64,000 nucleotides of DNA from Octopus vulgaris (GCA_951406725.2 OX597832.1:21824001-21888000), one strand, 5' to 3'. Counted from the first letter of the stretch, positions 38,432-55,129 are shown. Made by a program: numbers and translations. Notes: generated from the letters alone by a model not told the origin.

Positions 38432-39149
38432 TACCTGGACAATATTTCAAATGTTGTTACATCAATGCCAGTATATTTGCCTGAATGCCTAGCTGTTAAC
38501 AGAACCAAGAACGTATACTGTGAAGGTGCATGGCTCAGTGGTTCAGGTGTTGCACTCATGATTGCGAGGTTGTGGGTTCGATTCTCAGAGCGGGCGTTAT
38601 ATTGTGTTCTTGAGCAATGCACTTCATTTCACATTGCTCTGCGATTATTTCATCATCTGACATGTGGCACCCGTTACACCTGTACAGGTAATGTCAATCT
38701 AATGCCGGGAGTGAGCTTACGTGTACACAAACATTTGATCTCTATAAACAAACAATAACCTGTGTGGTTGTTCGGTCAAAAGTTGTTGAACCCTCATACG
38801 TCGTCCAATGACGAGAGAGTCCGTCATATGTAAATAATATCACTGTTTATTTTCATTTTTTGACAAAAATTTTCAGGACACAAAAAATTGAAGGAACGAA
38901 CATGTTGAAGTTATTAATTAACAAATCTTTATTTAAGACTATAGAAATTAATAATAATAATAATAATAATAATGATAATAATAATAATAATAATAATTAT
39001 GATAATAATAATAATAATTATAATAATAATAGTAAAGAATGAGAGGAAAAAATATAAATTAAAAATAAAACAAAATTTCATGTTCCCATGTGAAATGACT
39101 CAAACAATGGATTTAGAATAAAGAATGTAAACAAAAACGCAGTGTGTAT

Positions 39150-40200
<1,051 letters not shown>

Positions 40201-41060
40201 TGTCTCAGGAACATATATGCATACATACACACATACATTTGTATACACTCACACCAACTCTCACATACTTGAAACATAACACACAGGCAAACACACGCAC
40301 ACACACACACACATACGCACAGTCACACACACTCTCATGCACACACCTAATTTAATAAATAGTCTTAGTTAAGATAAAAGTGAGTTAACGAGAGGTTTCG
40401 ACAACTTCAAAGGTTGTTATTATTATTATTATTAAGAGTTATTTCCACACATTTTTTTGGGAAACAAATTTTCAGATTAAAAAAAAAAAAAAAATTAGAA
40501 ATATAGATAGAAAATATAAACAATGTCTTTTATTTTATTTTATTTTATTTCAACATTTTTTTTTTAATTGTTTTTACTTAAAATTTCTGTTGACAAATTT
40601 GAATTTGGTTTCAAGATAGGAAGTCGTTTATAGAGGGATGAAATGTAGTTTTTTTTTTTTTGGTTTTATTAAAAAAAAAAAAATCAAATCAGACATCATT
40701 TTGGTTTAATTGCAACAGTTAATTAATTAAAGCATATTTGGAGGGAAAAAAAAAAAGAAGTTTTTTTTTTTTTTGTCTAGAAGTTAACCCTTTCACTCAC
40801 TGCATTGTCCGACGTTCACTGAATTTCCAAGAAGTTCATGCTTTATGGAACTTTTGTTGAAGTCATCTGCAGACTGCCATATTCAACCATAGTAACCACA
40901 GTCAAGAAGAAAAAAGAACCTATGTTTATGTACGTTCATACATTATATATATATCACAGGATATATTATATATTATGATATATATATCACATATGATATT
41001 ATATATATGTATATATCACATATGATATTATATATATGTATATATATATATGATATTATA

Positions 41061-41123
<63 letters not shown>

Positions 41124-42794
41124 GTTTTATAGAAATATATATATATGTTATGATATATATATATCACATATATGATATTATATATATATATATATATTAT
41201 GTTTTATAAATATATATATTATGTTTTATAAATATATATGTTATGATATACATATATATCACATATATGATATATATATTATGTTTTATAGATATATATT
41301 ATGATATATATATATATCACATATATGATATATATATATATAATATACTTATATATTATTAGATATACAGCTTTTAGTATAGTAAATGTATATACATGAT
41401 TATATAAATATATTATGCACACACACACATATATATTACATGTATATATCATAAATGATATTATATATACTTATATTGCATATAAATTACATTACATATA
41501 CAACCACATTGAATCCTTTTTTTTAATAAGAACATGACCACCAGTAGTAACTGGCGATCCCTATTTTCAATTGCACAGCTATTTGGTTGATCAGACATCA
41601 GTCTGGACCTTGGACAATGTAGGACTGAAACGGTTGAAGTAAATTTTTTTTAGTAAAAAAATGACTTTTTTTTTACTTTGAAAAAAAAAAAAAAATGAGA
41701 GAGAAAGAGAGAGAGAGAGAGAGATAAAGCAAAAAAAAAAATGTAGAAGAGGTAAAAAAAAAAAAAGACAAGTAATTAGTTAGTTAGGAAGACAATGTAG
41801 ATAATAAATAGTGATTTCTTACTCAGGCACAAGGCCACAAATTATCATAGCAGTATGGAGGCAGAGATGTTGGAGTTGTGGTTTCAAATGTTGGGGGTGA
41901 ATGAAGATAGTTATGGCATAGAAGACGTTTCGTAATTAAAAAAAATTTTTTGTCTTTTTTTCCTCTCAGTTTGGTTTTTCACACTTTTTTGTTTTTTTTA
42001 ATATTTAAAGGTCGTTAGCGTGATATCATATTATTATGAAATGAATTATGTTTTAATTTTTAACCGGGGATTAGATATAAGAAATGAGGATGATGGAGGT
42101 GGTGGTGGTGGTGGAGGGAGAGTGGGTAAAAAAAAAATTACAAAAAGAAAAAAAAAAATGAATGGTGGACTCTGCTCACCGGGAGCCAGCCCCTTCATGT
42201 ACAATGTTCACCATGAGATATTAACGGGGAAAAAAAAAGAGAGAAAAAAAAACTAATAAAGATATAATTGAAAAACGAAATTAAAACCAAGTGAAATGAA
42301 TATTCATAAAAGAAAAACAGACAAAAAAGCGAAAATTAAAAAATGCAAAATAAAAATAAAACAGAAAAAAAAAAAACTCGAAGAACTAAATCAATAGGAT
42401 TCAAAAAAAGGACAATTTACAAAAAATTCTTAATTTCATTTCTAAGAATTTTATAACATTATTTCTTCAGATCTAGTAAATATATAAATTTAGATTTCAT
42501 ACACACACACACACACACACATATTTATAATCCCAGGAATACGCCCTATGATCTTAAAATATTTATAAATTCCGTCCAAGGGACTGTTATTATTTTTAGT
42601 ATATTTATCCTACATTATATCGGCACAGCTTGGTGTGACCCCCAAGAAACTGGTATTGCCAAATGGCATCATTAGGCTGTGGTCAACACAATAAAACAGG
42701 AGCTTTCATATACATACTGAAAACGTTTCCTGTAAACAAACTTAGAGGATATATATACATACATACATACATATATATTATATATATATATCTA

Positions 42795-43035
42795 TATACT
42801 GTTGTGTCTGGGGAGAGTCATTCTCTTTTAGTGCCTTATTATTTAACACACTCACCGGAAAAAATTCCACTTATTTCTTATTTTTATTTTCTAAAATTTT
42901 CGTTGCGTCTTGCAACTTTTTCAATAGTGACTATTTTAGAAAATAAAAATAAGAAATAAGTGGAAATTTTACCGGTTAGTGTGTTAAATGATAAGGCACT
43001 CAAAGACAATGATTCTCCCCAGACACAACAGAATA
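42795..43035. repeat. Fold-back inverted repeat, ~100-bp arms, with a hammerhead in the loop
   Basis: ctgttgtgtctggggaga...tctccccagacacaacag. Confidence 0.93.
42891..42927 (-). ncRNA. Minimal hammerhead motif, U3-A8 core variant
   Basis: Minus strand: cta TTGAAAA a gttgc aagac gcaac GAA AATT T tag. Confidence 0.65.
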
Positions 43036-43088
43036 TGCTTCAACACACGAACTCATATAAAGAATCTTGCAAACCAAATCCAAAAACG

Positions 43089-43173
<85 letters not shown>

Positions 43174-43224
43174 CACACACATACATATATATATGTATGT
43201 GTGTGTGCATATATACTTTTTAAA

Positions 43225-43260
<36 letters not shown>

Positions 43261-43884
43261 CTCACTCCTACACATATATATGTAATATGTGTACATACAT
43301 ACATACATATAAATTTATACACACTGATTTACAACCTTGAAAGAAAATTGTGAAACTTGAAAGGATGGTATCTTTGTATGTCTCAAACACAAAATGAAAA
43401 TAACTAGATTCTACATTTTACTGTAAAATTTATCCTAAGATGTTTATAGAACTGGTCTTCTTAATCTTTGAGTGGAAGCTGTCATACCTTAAATACATCC
43501 TTGCATACATATATACACACATACATATATATATGTGCATAATACATGAGCATGTAATTCTGGCTATTATGTTGATGATATATGATACTACCTCTTAGAA
43601 ATATATATTTTGGTATAGTTCATAATACATAGTATATATGTAAATTATATATTATACATAGTATATATATATGATTTAGTATATGTACTATATAGATTCT
43701 AGCACAACTCATCACATTTCTCAAAGTTCCTAAATTATTATAACACTAACTATACAGTTTAGTATTGAAATAATAGAGCATATATGTCTATATATCATCA
43801 TCATCATCATCATCGTTTATATATATATATATATATATATAAATGTAGAAGGATGAAAAGAGACACACGAGTTGATATATATGG

Positions 43885-44040
43885 GAAAAAAAAGTCAAGC
43901 TAGAAAATGCTAAAATAATTTTATAAAAAAAATTTCAGTACCGGTTTCAGTCATTGAATTGAAAAAGTCTCAATGACTGAAACCGGTACTGAAATGGTTT
44001 TATAAAATTATTTTAGCATTTCCTATCTTGACTTTTTTTC
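43885..44040. repeat. Fold-back inverted repeat, ~72-bp arms
   Basis: gaaaaaaaagtcaag..atttcagtaccggtttcagtcattga / tcaatgactgaaaccggtactgaaat..cttgacttttttc. Confidence 0.92.
43959..43991 (+). ncRNA. Minimal hammerhead motif, U3-A8 variant, 5' strand of stem I lost at the fold-back junction
   Basis: TTGAAAA agtc tcaat gact GAA ACCGGT A ctg. Confidence 0.6.
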
Positions 44041-44563
44041 TATAGATATATATATATATAACATACATACACATTACACATATATATGTATAACATTTCT
44101 CTTCTCTCTCTCTCCACACACACATGTACAACCTAAGTCAGATTGAATTTGCAAGTGTCATTTGTATTGCTTTTTTTTTTATCTTTGCCTGATGAGCTGA
44201 ACATGGGTCACATTTAATATGCCGTAATAATATTACATAATCATTTATACTAAGGATTTGTCTGAACCACATATTGTTGAAAGTATGGTAACAAAGGAAT
44301 AGATGTAAGAACATCCACCTCCGGTTTTGTACTTAGCACTATATATGTATATACATACACTTATATATATACACACACACATACATACATATACAGATAT
44401 ATACATACATACATGCATATACACATATACATACACACAGACACATATACATGTGTACATATATACACACATATATATATACATGAATATATATACACAT
44501 ATATATAAACATGCATATGCATATACACATAAATATATACACATATATACAAATACACATACA

Positions 44564-44604
<41 letters not shown>

Positions 44605-45711
44605 GTATACACATACATACATATATACATACAACACGCACACATACATGTATACATCCATGTACTCATATATACATACATACATACATATATATATATA
44701 TATACACATATATATACAAATACATAAACACACACACACACATATATATACACACCTACAACACACACACACACGTATATATATATATATGTAGCATGTA
44801 ACTCACTAACATAGATATCTACATATATTTGCATAAACTAAACCAGTTCAAGAATTCACCAAACGTTGCCCTGATCTCTACAAATTCTAAAAGGTATTTC
44901 ACTAATGAAAAGAACAACAATAAAAAAGAAATAAGTAAAAAAAAAAGGGAGGGTGGGGTATAAAAAAAGAAGATAAAGTTCCTTAGATTTGAATAATAAA
45001 AGCATAACAAGCCCCCCCCAAAAAAAACCCAAAGAAACTTAAAAGGAAGAATTCATGGAGGAACAAACATCTCTACTGTTTTTTTTTTAAAATTCAACTC
45101 CAAGAGGCCACAATGTTTTTTTTCTTTTTAATAGTGATGATGATGATGATGTTGATGATGATGATGATTGTATTGTCAGTGAAAGATGGTGGGTTTGTGG
45201 AAAGGAGGCTGAGTTTCAATGATGTCTCAAAGGGTGGTTTGTTTAACACTTTATTGTTAAAGTGTTTTAGAGCAGTTAAGTGAGGGGGTAGGGGGTAAGG
45301 GGGAATGGAGTAGGGGGAGTAAGTAAAGGGTACAGTTTCAAATCTGATTTGAAGCCTGTGCAAAGCAGTCCTGTCCAGATCATGTAGAGGGATAGATAGA
45401 AATATATATATATATGGGTATATATGGTTATGTATATATATATATATATATATATGGGTAAATATATATGTATATATATGTGGTTATACACACACACACA
45501 CATATATATGGGTATATATGTGTGTATATATACATATATATATATGGATATAGATATATGTATGGATATATATATATATATATATATAAATATATATATG
45601 TATATATATGTATATTCATATACACACGTCTATCCATACACACACACACATATATATATATATATATGTATATATATGTATATTCATATACACACATCTA
45701 TCCATACACAT

Positions 45712-45742
<31 letters not shown>

Positions 45743-46274
45743 CATATTTACATAAAAAGAGAGATATCTATAGCTAAAGAGTGGTAGATAGAGGGAGACG
45801 TAAATAGACAGATAGATAGATAGAAAGAGGAGGTGAGAAAGGGGAGAGAGGGAGAAAGAGAGAGAGATTTCAAATACACCACTTGCCTAGATTTGTGGTG
45901 TCCACTTCACTTTGTCTCACCTCATTAGGATTCTTCCATATCGATATAATATCTACCTATTTAAAAGCAAACCGCCACCAAGCCAAAACAGAATCATAGA
46001 TAGATAGGTTAGTAGAGAGATAGGTAAATTAGGTGTCAGTCAGCATGTGTAAAGGTGTATGTATAACTGCATGTGGTGTGATGCGGATATTTTTATGAAT
46101 GGTGGGTATTTAACGAATATAGTTAATATAGAAAAGACAGGAATGTACACTGGGATGTTGTGGTGGGGGGTGGTCTTGATACCAGGGTGGGAGGTTTATT
46201 GTAGTAGTGGTAAAGATTCTTTTGTTTTCTGTATTCTTTTTCTTCTTTATATAATTATTTTTTAATGACAGTAG

Positions 46275-49200
46275 CACTAATAATAATAATAATAATCCTT
46301 TCTACTATAGGCACAAGGCCTGGTGTTTGTGGGGAGGCAGTAGAATCGGTCACATCGACCCCAGTACTTTGGTACTTAATTTATCAATCCCCCAAAAGGA
46401 TGAAAGGCAAAGCCAACCTTGGTGGAATTTGAACTCAGAATGTAACGATGGGTGAAATACCGCTAAGCATATCATCCAGTGTGCTAATGATTCTGCCAAC
46501 TGGCCACCTAATAATAATAATAATAATTTTTTCTAGTGGAGGCACAAGGTCTCAAATTTGTAGAGTGGGGACTAGTCATCTAAATCGACCCCAGCGTTCC
46601 ACTGGTACTTAATTTATCGACCCCGAAAGGATCAAAAGCAAAGTCAACCTCAGCAGAATTTGAACTCGGAACGTAAAGACATGATATACTGATAAGCATT
46701 TCACCTGGCGTGGTAACGTTTTTACCAGCTCGCCGCCTTTAACAAGAATATTCTTTTCTACTCTAGGCGCAAGGCCCAAAATTTTTGGGGTGGGGGGCCA
46801 GTTGATTAGATCGACTCCAGTACACAACTTATTTTATCAACCCCAAAAGGATGAAAGGCAAAGTCAATGTTGGTGGAATTTGAACTCAAAAAATATAGCG
46901 ATGGGTTAAATATCGGTAAGCATTTCATCCAATGCACTACCGATTCTGCCAGCTTGCCGCCTTAATAATAATAATAATAATAATCCTTTTTGCAATAGGC
47001 ACAAGGCCTGAAATTTTGGGGAAGGGGGTAAGTCGATTACATTGACTCCGGTACATAACTGGTACTTATTTTATTGACCCTGAAATCATGAAAGGTGAAG
47101 TGGATCTTGGCGGAATTTGAACTTAAAACATCAAGATGGACAAAATGCCGTTAATTATTTTGCTTGGCATGGTAACGATCCAACCAGCTTGTTATCTTCA
47201 TAATAATAATAATAATAACAATAATGATAATGATTTCAAATTTTGGCTCAAGGCCTGCAATTTCGTGGGACGGGGAAAGTCAATTATATCAACCCCAGTG
47301 CATAACTGGTACTTTTTTTATCGACCCCCGAAAGGATGAAAGGCAAAGTTGACCCTGACAGAATTTGAACACTGAATGTGTAAACAGGCGAAGTGTCGCT
47401 AAGCAATTCACCTGGCATGCTAACAGTTCTACCAGCTCACCACTTAATAATAATAACAATAATAATGATAATAATAATAACAGGCAAAAGCCATGCATTC
47501 TAGGGCTTAGGAACAGAGAATTAAATTGTTCCCAGCCCAGCACTTGACTGTCAACTTTGGAATGGTAAAAAAGCAAAGTTAACTCTGGCAAGACATGAAC
47601 TATGATCACAACCAAATACAGCCAGGTATGGACTTATCCATACACTGACCATCAAAAGTAATAATAATGATAATTATTATTTAAAATTTTCGCCACAAGG
47701 GCAGCTTAGGGGAGGTGGTGGTGAGTTGATTACATTGACCCCTCCCCATCCGAGTTTAACTGGTACTTATTTAATTGACCCCAAAAGGATGAAAGGCAAA
47801 GTCGACCTCAGCAGAATTTGAACTCAGAATGTAGTGGCAGATGAAATACCTATTTCTTTACTACCCACAAGGGGCTAAACACAGAGAGGACAAACAAAGA
47901 GAGACAAACGGATTAAGTCGATTATATCGACCCCAGTGCATAACTGGTACTTAATTTATCGACCCCGAAAGGATGAGAGGCAAAGTCGACCTCGGCGGAA
48001 TTTGAACTCAGAACATAGTGGCAGATGAAATACCTAATTCTTTACAACCAACAAGGGGCTAAACACAGAGAGGACAAACAAGGACAGACAAACGGATTAA
48101 GTCGATTTCATCGACCCCAGTGCGTAACTGGTACTTATTTAATCAACCCCGAAAGGATGAAAGGCAAAGTCGACCTCGGCGGAATTTGAACTCAGAACGT
48201 AGCAGCAGATGAAATACCACTAAGCATTTCACCCATTGTGCTAATGTTTCTGCCAGCTCGCCACCTTAATAATAATAATAATAATAATAATTCTTTCTAC
48301 TGGAAGCATAGAGCCTGAAATTTGGGGGAAGGGATTAATTCAATTACATCGTCCCAAGTGCGTAACTGGTACTTATTTAATCAACCCTAAAAGGATGAAA
48401 GGCAAAGTCAACCTTGATGGAATTTGAACTCAGAACATAGTGACAGGCGAAATACCGGTAAGCATTTTGACCAACATGCTAATGATTCTGTAATAATAAT
48501 GGTTTCGAATTTTGGCACAAGGCCAGCAATTATTTTTTAGGGGGAGGAGCAACATCGACTACAACAACCCCAGTGCTCAACTGTTACTTGTTTAGTCAAC
48601 TCTCAAAGAATGAAAGGCTAAGTGGACTTTGGCAGAGTTTGAACTCAGAAGGTGAAGATAGACAAAACACTTTGCCTGGCGCAGTAACAACTCTGTCAGT
48701 TCATCACCTTAATAACAATAATAATAATAATAATAATCCTTTCTACTAAAGGCACAAGACCTGATACTTATGGAAGGGGGGATAGTTGATTATATCGACC
48801 CCCAGTATTCAACTGGTACTCATTTTTTTGACCCTGAAATAATAAAAGTCAAAGTCGACCTCGGTGGAATTTGAACTCAGGACGTAGTGGCAGGTGAAAT
48901 AGTGCTAGGCATTTTGCCCAGCGTGCCAACGACTCTGCCAGCTCACCGCCTTATGCCTTAATAATAGTAATGGTTTCAAATTTTGGCACTAGGCCAGAAA
49001 TTTTAAGGGACAGGTAAATTGATTACATTGACCCCAGTACTCAAATGGTACTTATTTTATCGACCCTCAAGGATGAAAGGCAAAGTCGACCTCGGCATAA
49101 TTTGAACTCAGAATGTGAAAATGGCTGAAATGCTGCCAAGCATTTTGAATATCTCATTAAGAATTTGGCCAGCTTGCTTCCTTAATAGTAACTTCAAATT

Positions 49201-49592
49201 ATGGTAGAGGACCTGAAATTTTAGGGGACGTGGATAATCAGTTACGTAAACATCAGTGTTTGACTTTTCCATCAATCCCAAAAGGATCAAAGGTAAAGCT
49301 GACCTCGGTGGAATTTGAACTCAGATAGTGAAGACAGACAAAATGCCAATAAGTATTTTACCTGGTGTGCTAACGATTCTGTCAACATGCTACTTTGATA
49401 ATAGATACCAATAATCCTTTCTACTAAGGGCACAAGACCTGAAATTTTGTTGGGAGGGGGCTAATTGAATATATTGACCCTTGTCTTTCACTGGTACTTA
49501 CTTTGGCAGAATTTGAACTTAGAATGTCAAGACAGACGAAATGCCACTAAGCATTCTGCCCAACATGCTAATGATTGTGCCAGCTCGTCACC

Positions 49593-49628
<36 letters not shown>

Positions 49629-49860
49629 TATAATCCTTTCTACTATAGGCACAAGGCCTGGATTTTTGTGGGGAGTGGGGACAACTGATCACCTCAACCC
49701 CAGTACTTGACTGGTACTTAATTTATCAACCCCGAAAGGATGAAAGGCAAAGTCGACCTCAGCGGAATTTGAACTCAGAACATAGTGACAGACAAAATAC
49801 CGCTTACTATTTTAGCCTGGCATGCTAACGATTCTGCTAGCTCATTACCTTGATGATAAC

Positions 49861-49897
<37 letters not shown>

Positions 49898-50055
49898 GTT
49901 TCAGATTTTGCCAGAAGGACAGCAATTTGGGGGTAGGGGAGGAGTTGATTACATCGACCCTGGTGCGTAACTGGTACTTATTTTATCGACCCTGAAAGGA
50001 TGAAAGGTAAAGTCGACCTCGTCGGAATTTGAACTCAGAACGTAGCGATGGGCAA
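46275..50055 (-). mobile_element. Array of ~16-17 co-oriented Nin/Deu-type SINEs, mostly separated by (TAA)n
   Basis: The ggatgaaaggcaaagtcgacc..gaatttgaactcagaa core recurs about every 190-260 bp. Confidence 0.92.
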
Positions 50056-50617
50056 AAAACAGAGGTGGAAGGCCACAAATTTTAGTAAGGGGGGGGGGAG
50101 GGCGAGCAACTGATTAAAATTGGCTACCCATGTAATTGATACTGGACTGATGAAAAACAAAATCAAACCCCAGCAGGCCATTTTTTTTTTTTTTTTTTTT
50201 TTTAAATCAGAAATGTCGAGAAGGATGGAACTAAATCCTGAAAAAAAAAAAAAAATTCATCATGCCAAGAGTTCTACCCCACTCCACTGCCTTTCTTTTT
50301 AAAGTGATGGTAATAACAATAACAACAACAATGATAACAATATAACGATAATAATAATAATAATAATAATTATAATAATGATAATAATGATAATTTTATT
50401 CTTGAAATTGAATAAGGAGGTTTCATGTAAAAAAAAAAAAAAAACCCACAAGTTTAAATACATAATTTTCTTTTTTTAGCAAATATATAAATTTCTTAAA
50501 GATAAACAGAGGTGGGGAGCTATTTATTGTCATTAATGATGATGATAATGATGATTGTTATTGTTATCTGTATGTTTTGCATAGCAACTACTGTTGCTAA
50601 GATGTGACTAGTATGTG

Positions 50618-50666
<49 letters not shown>

Positions 50667-51452
50667 GTATATATATATATGTATATGTATGTATATATCT
50701 TTAGGATCCTACTTTGGTTACATCTGACCATTGGATTGCACCTAGAAAGTTCTCCTCCAAGGCACACGTCTGGGAAAGGTTGTGGAAGACCCCGCAGTCG
50801 TCCATGCATACCAGTCTCCCCTCTCCATGCCACCGACCGTGTCCAAGGGATTGGCAAAAGCTGAAACACCTTGGCACCAGTGATGTTCCAACTTACTTCT
50901 ACAGGTGTGCAAACTGGAACATCATAAAACGAATTGTCTTGCTTGAGCACATAATACACAGCCTGGTCCGGGAGTTGAACTCACAATCTTCTGATTGTAA
51001 GCCCAATGCTCTAACCACCAAGCCATGCATTGTATAAGAGAATATAGTGAAAAATACTTATAAGTTTTTAACACAATATATCTTCCTCTCATATACACTA
51101 TTTATCCGTAGCATAGGACCATTATAGCCAACAAACCTGAAACATGGAATGATCCGAGATTTTTTCCCCTTGGCATGTTAGAGAGTGTAAAGAAAATACA
51201 AAGTTCTAATATCCTCGTTATATGCACAGTAACGAGCACTTTAAAAACATCATGGGTATATGTGTGTGTGTATGTATGTGGAGGTAAGAAGTTCAAAAAA
51301 TTTACACAATGCCAAGAGATGTGAGTTTTTAGGGGTCACTACAGGTAGAACCTCCTCACCTCACATCCAAGTTATTACAATTTCGTTTCCGGTCTGATGA
51401 TTGGGAATGTGAAATTTGAATAACTAGATGTGAAGTGCCAGCCACAAAAAAA

Positions 51453-51535
<83 letters not shown>

Positions 51536-53329
51536 AAATTTTGTATGTAAAACAATTTTTAATCTTTGGATTTTTTAAAAAATATGCTAAGCCACTGGTT
51601 TTAATTGATTAATATCAATTTCTACCCTCATTTAATTTTAAATATATATATATATATAATAATAATAATATTAGGGAGTATATCCAAACTTACAGGGAAG
51701 TTGCCTAATAGTGGTTTTATCTCTAATTTAATTTATATATATATATATATATATTATGCATGTAGGTTTATATATACATACGTGTAGTGTTATAATTTCC
51801 TTATGCATTTTAAAATCGTTATAACTTTAGCCTTTGAAATAACCAGACAGAATTAAATCTGTAAATATCGTTTAGAAACTTGAGGTAACTATTTTATCAC
51901 TATCAGTAACAAAATTCATTAAAATTATTTATCAATCATTCTAAAAATTAAATATTTCAACATTATTACACAGGGACCTACTAAGAGTTTATTCAGAATT
52001 TATAGATGACTTGTAGATCTTTCTTTCTTTCTTTTCTTATTTCTTTTACCTTTAAGACAAGACTGTTTACAAAACTTTGAGAACTGATTGGAAGCAGAAT
52101 GATATCCTCAAATAAGAAACCTGGCCCAAATGCTTGCAACAGAGAGAGCTACATTAAAGGTGCCAAAGGCCCTGGTGATGGCGTTGAACTGGGCAAGGGA
52201 TCTAATCTAAGATTAGGATAATCTTTTCTACTCTAGGCACAAGGCCTGAAATTTTGGGGGAGGCAAGCCAATCGATTTGATCGACCCCAGTACGCAACTG
52301 GCACTTAATTTATCGACTCTGAAAGGATGAAAGGCAAAGTCGACCTGGGTGGAATTTGAACTCAGAACGTAGAGGCAGACAAAATACTGATAAGAAATTT
52401 GCCCGACGTGCTAACGTTTCTACCAGCTTGCCACCTATAGGGTTAGGATAATGAATGCAGTTCAGTGAGTAACTGAATCTTAGATGCACAATGTATTTCA
52501 TTTAGTATAGACATAAGGCCTGATATTTTGGTGGGACGGGGGATAATTGAATACCCCCACCCCAGTGCTCAACTGGTTCTTATTTTATTGGCCTTGAAAG
52601 GATAAAAGAAAAAAGGTGATCTTGGCTGTATTTGAACTTGGAATATAAAGCTAGAAGAAATGTCTCTAAACATTTATCTGTCGCTGTAATGATTGCGCCA
52701 GATTAGATGCAGAATATATTCCCAGAAATTCTGAATTGCATCAGGATTTGCATCGTTATTAAAGATGGTTGGCATGATGAAAATTAACCCCCATCATCAT
52801 TTAATGTCTGTTTTCCATGCTGGCATGGGTTGGACGGTTTGACAGGAGCTGGCAAGCAAGAGGACTGTGTCAAACTCTGTCTGTTTTGGCAAGGTTTCTA
52901 CGGTTTGCTACCCTCCCTAATACCAACCACCCTACAGAGTGCACTGGGTGCATTTTATGTGGTACGAACAACAGCGACCCCCACCCATTCTCAACTGAGC
53001 AGGGCGAGTAGAATCGAGGAAGGGGGCTATGTGCCAAATAGGTTATTTATTCAAGAGGTATAATTAAAATTTTCCAGCTTTTTATTCAACTCTTTATCTA
53101 AACTACATACAATGATCTACCAAGTAAGTACAGTTATACAATTTTAAATTTGCACAAAGACTTCATATATATTCATATATATGCTCACATAGATATACCC
53201 ATATATATATATATTTACATGCACATCAAGTAAATGTGCATGCATATCTACATACAAACACACACATATATTTATATATATATGTACACACACACATGAT
53301 CGTATACATATGTACATGTATATTCATAT

Positions 53330-53484
53330 ATCTGCATATATATATGTACATGCATATATATATATATGTGTGTATATATATATGGCTATGTACATGCATA
53401 TATATATGTGTATATATATATATGGCTATGTACATGCATATATATATATGTGTATATATATATATGGCTATGTACATGTATATA

Positions 53485-53517
<33 letters not shown>

Positions 53518-53536
53518 GGCTATGTACATGTATATA

Positions 53537-53571
<35 letters not shown>

Positions 53572-53673
53572 GGCTATGTTCATGCATATATATATGTATA
53601 TATATATGGCTATGTACATGCATATATATATATGTATATATATATATGTATATATATATGGCTATGTACATGC

Positions 53674-53711
<38 letters not shown>

Positions 53712-53800
53712 GGCTATGTACATGCATATGTGTATATATATATGGCTATGTACATGCATATGTGTATATATATATGGCTATGTACATGCATATATATATA
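53330..53800. repeat. Variable-length minisatellite ggctatgtacatgca(ta)n
   Basis: About 10 recurrences of tatggctatgtacatg. Confidence 0.9.
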
Positions 53801-55090
53801 TATATATACGTGTGTATGTATATGCATATATATATATATATATATAGATATATTGTGTGTATGTGAGCATGTGCAAATATATGCATATGTATGAGTGTGT
53901 GTAATAACACACTGATGTACATGTATAGTGAGGAACTCAATACAGTGTCATGAAGTGCAATGCTTAATTAATTAACTTAATTACAAAAAAAAAATACCCA
54001 AGAACAATTTACAATGAAGACAGAAAGTTGGTGCATAATTTAAAAAAGGATGCGCAGTAACAGTGCAACTGTTCGTCTGCAACGAGTGCGATGCCATCCA
54101 ACATTGTTTTTCAAGTGGACAAAAGATGGACATAATTCCTGTTACGTTTAACACAAGGAGTGTTTGCCATCTCACAGGATTGTCCATCTCTGCTTCCCTC
54201 TTTCTCTCTCTCTCTCGGGCATTATATTGTTAATATGGGCTTTTTCTTCATAATAGTAATATGGATAATTTTAATATCAATAACAATGATGATGATGGTG
54301 GTGGCGGTAGATGGTAGTAGTAGTAGTGGTGGTGATGATGATGATGATGATGATGATAATTAAATCAGAATAATAAAAAAAAACAAAAAGAAAAAAACTG
54401 AACAGCAGCACCCCTGCACTCCGAGCTGACTAGTAAAATAAAAGCAGCTAGAGTTGTGATGATGATGATAATGGTGATGACGACGATGATGATAATGGCA
54501 ATAAGTTGGGAAAAAAAAAATTATAAATAAAAAAAAAAATAATGATGTTGGTGGTGATAGTAATAATTTGAAAAGAAAAAAAGGTAAAAATACAAAAAAA
54601 AAAAAGAAATTCAGAAAAAAAAAAAGACAAAAAAAAAAGAAACCCCCAAGGTCCTAGGGAAAGTAACTCTCTTAACACCCCGCTGACCACTCGACAAAGG
54701 GACATAACTCTTAGGTAGAAAAATTTTTTCCATTAAACACACATACACACACGCAATTATGCATGCATACAGAGTCAAACACTGTCTAGGTTCAGAAGAT
54801 GGAGAATGGAGGCTCAATTGGAAAATAACTTTTTTTTTATTTAAAATATATATACATTCATATATAGTCTTTTAAAAACTTTCCAACAATCTTGTCTTTG
54901 TATTGTATTTTGTTTGCGTTTGTGTGCATGTGACATTTGCTGCTCTCGAGAGTGTGAAGATCTTCACGTTGAAATAAAATTGGGGGGGGGGGATGTGGGG
55001 GGAATGAAAGATAAAACAAAAAAAAAAACAGTCAGGATTTTGTATGGTATATACATACACGAGTGTGTGTTTGTGTGTATGTATGTGTGC

Positions 55091-55129
<39 letters not shown>

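Noticed and set aside
40783-40860. Possible plus-strand terminal exon after ttttttgtctag
   Set aside because: Short frames with no recognisable homology; the T-run is typical of local low complexity
46275-50055. CRISPR-like repeat/spacer appearance
   Set aside because: Units are ~200-bp tRNA-derived SINEs with homologous inter-core sequence; eukaryotic context, no cas genes
51393-51420. CTGATGA...GAAA hammerhead-like spacing (also CTGATGA at ~30347, ~44189, ~50147, and minus strand at ~15880 and ~17630)
   Set aside because: No credible stem I/II pairing or no GAAA-UH half
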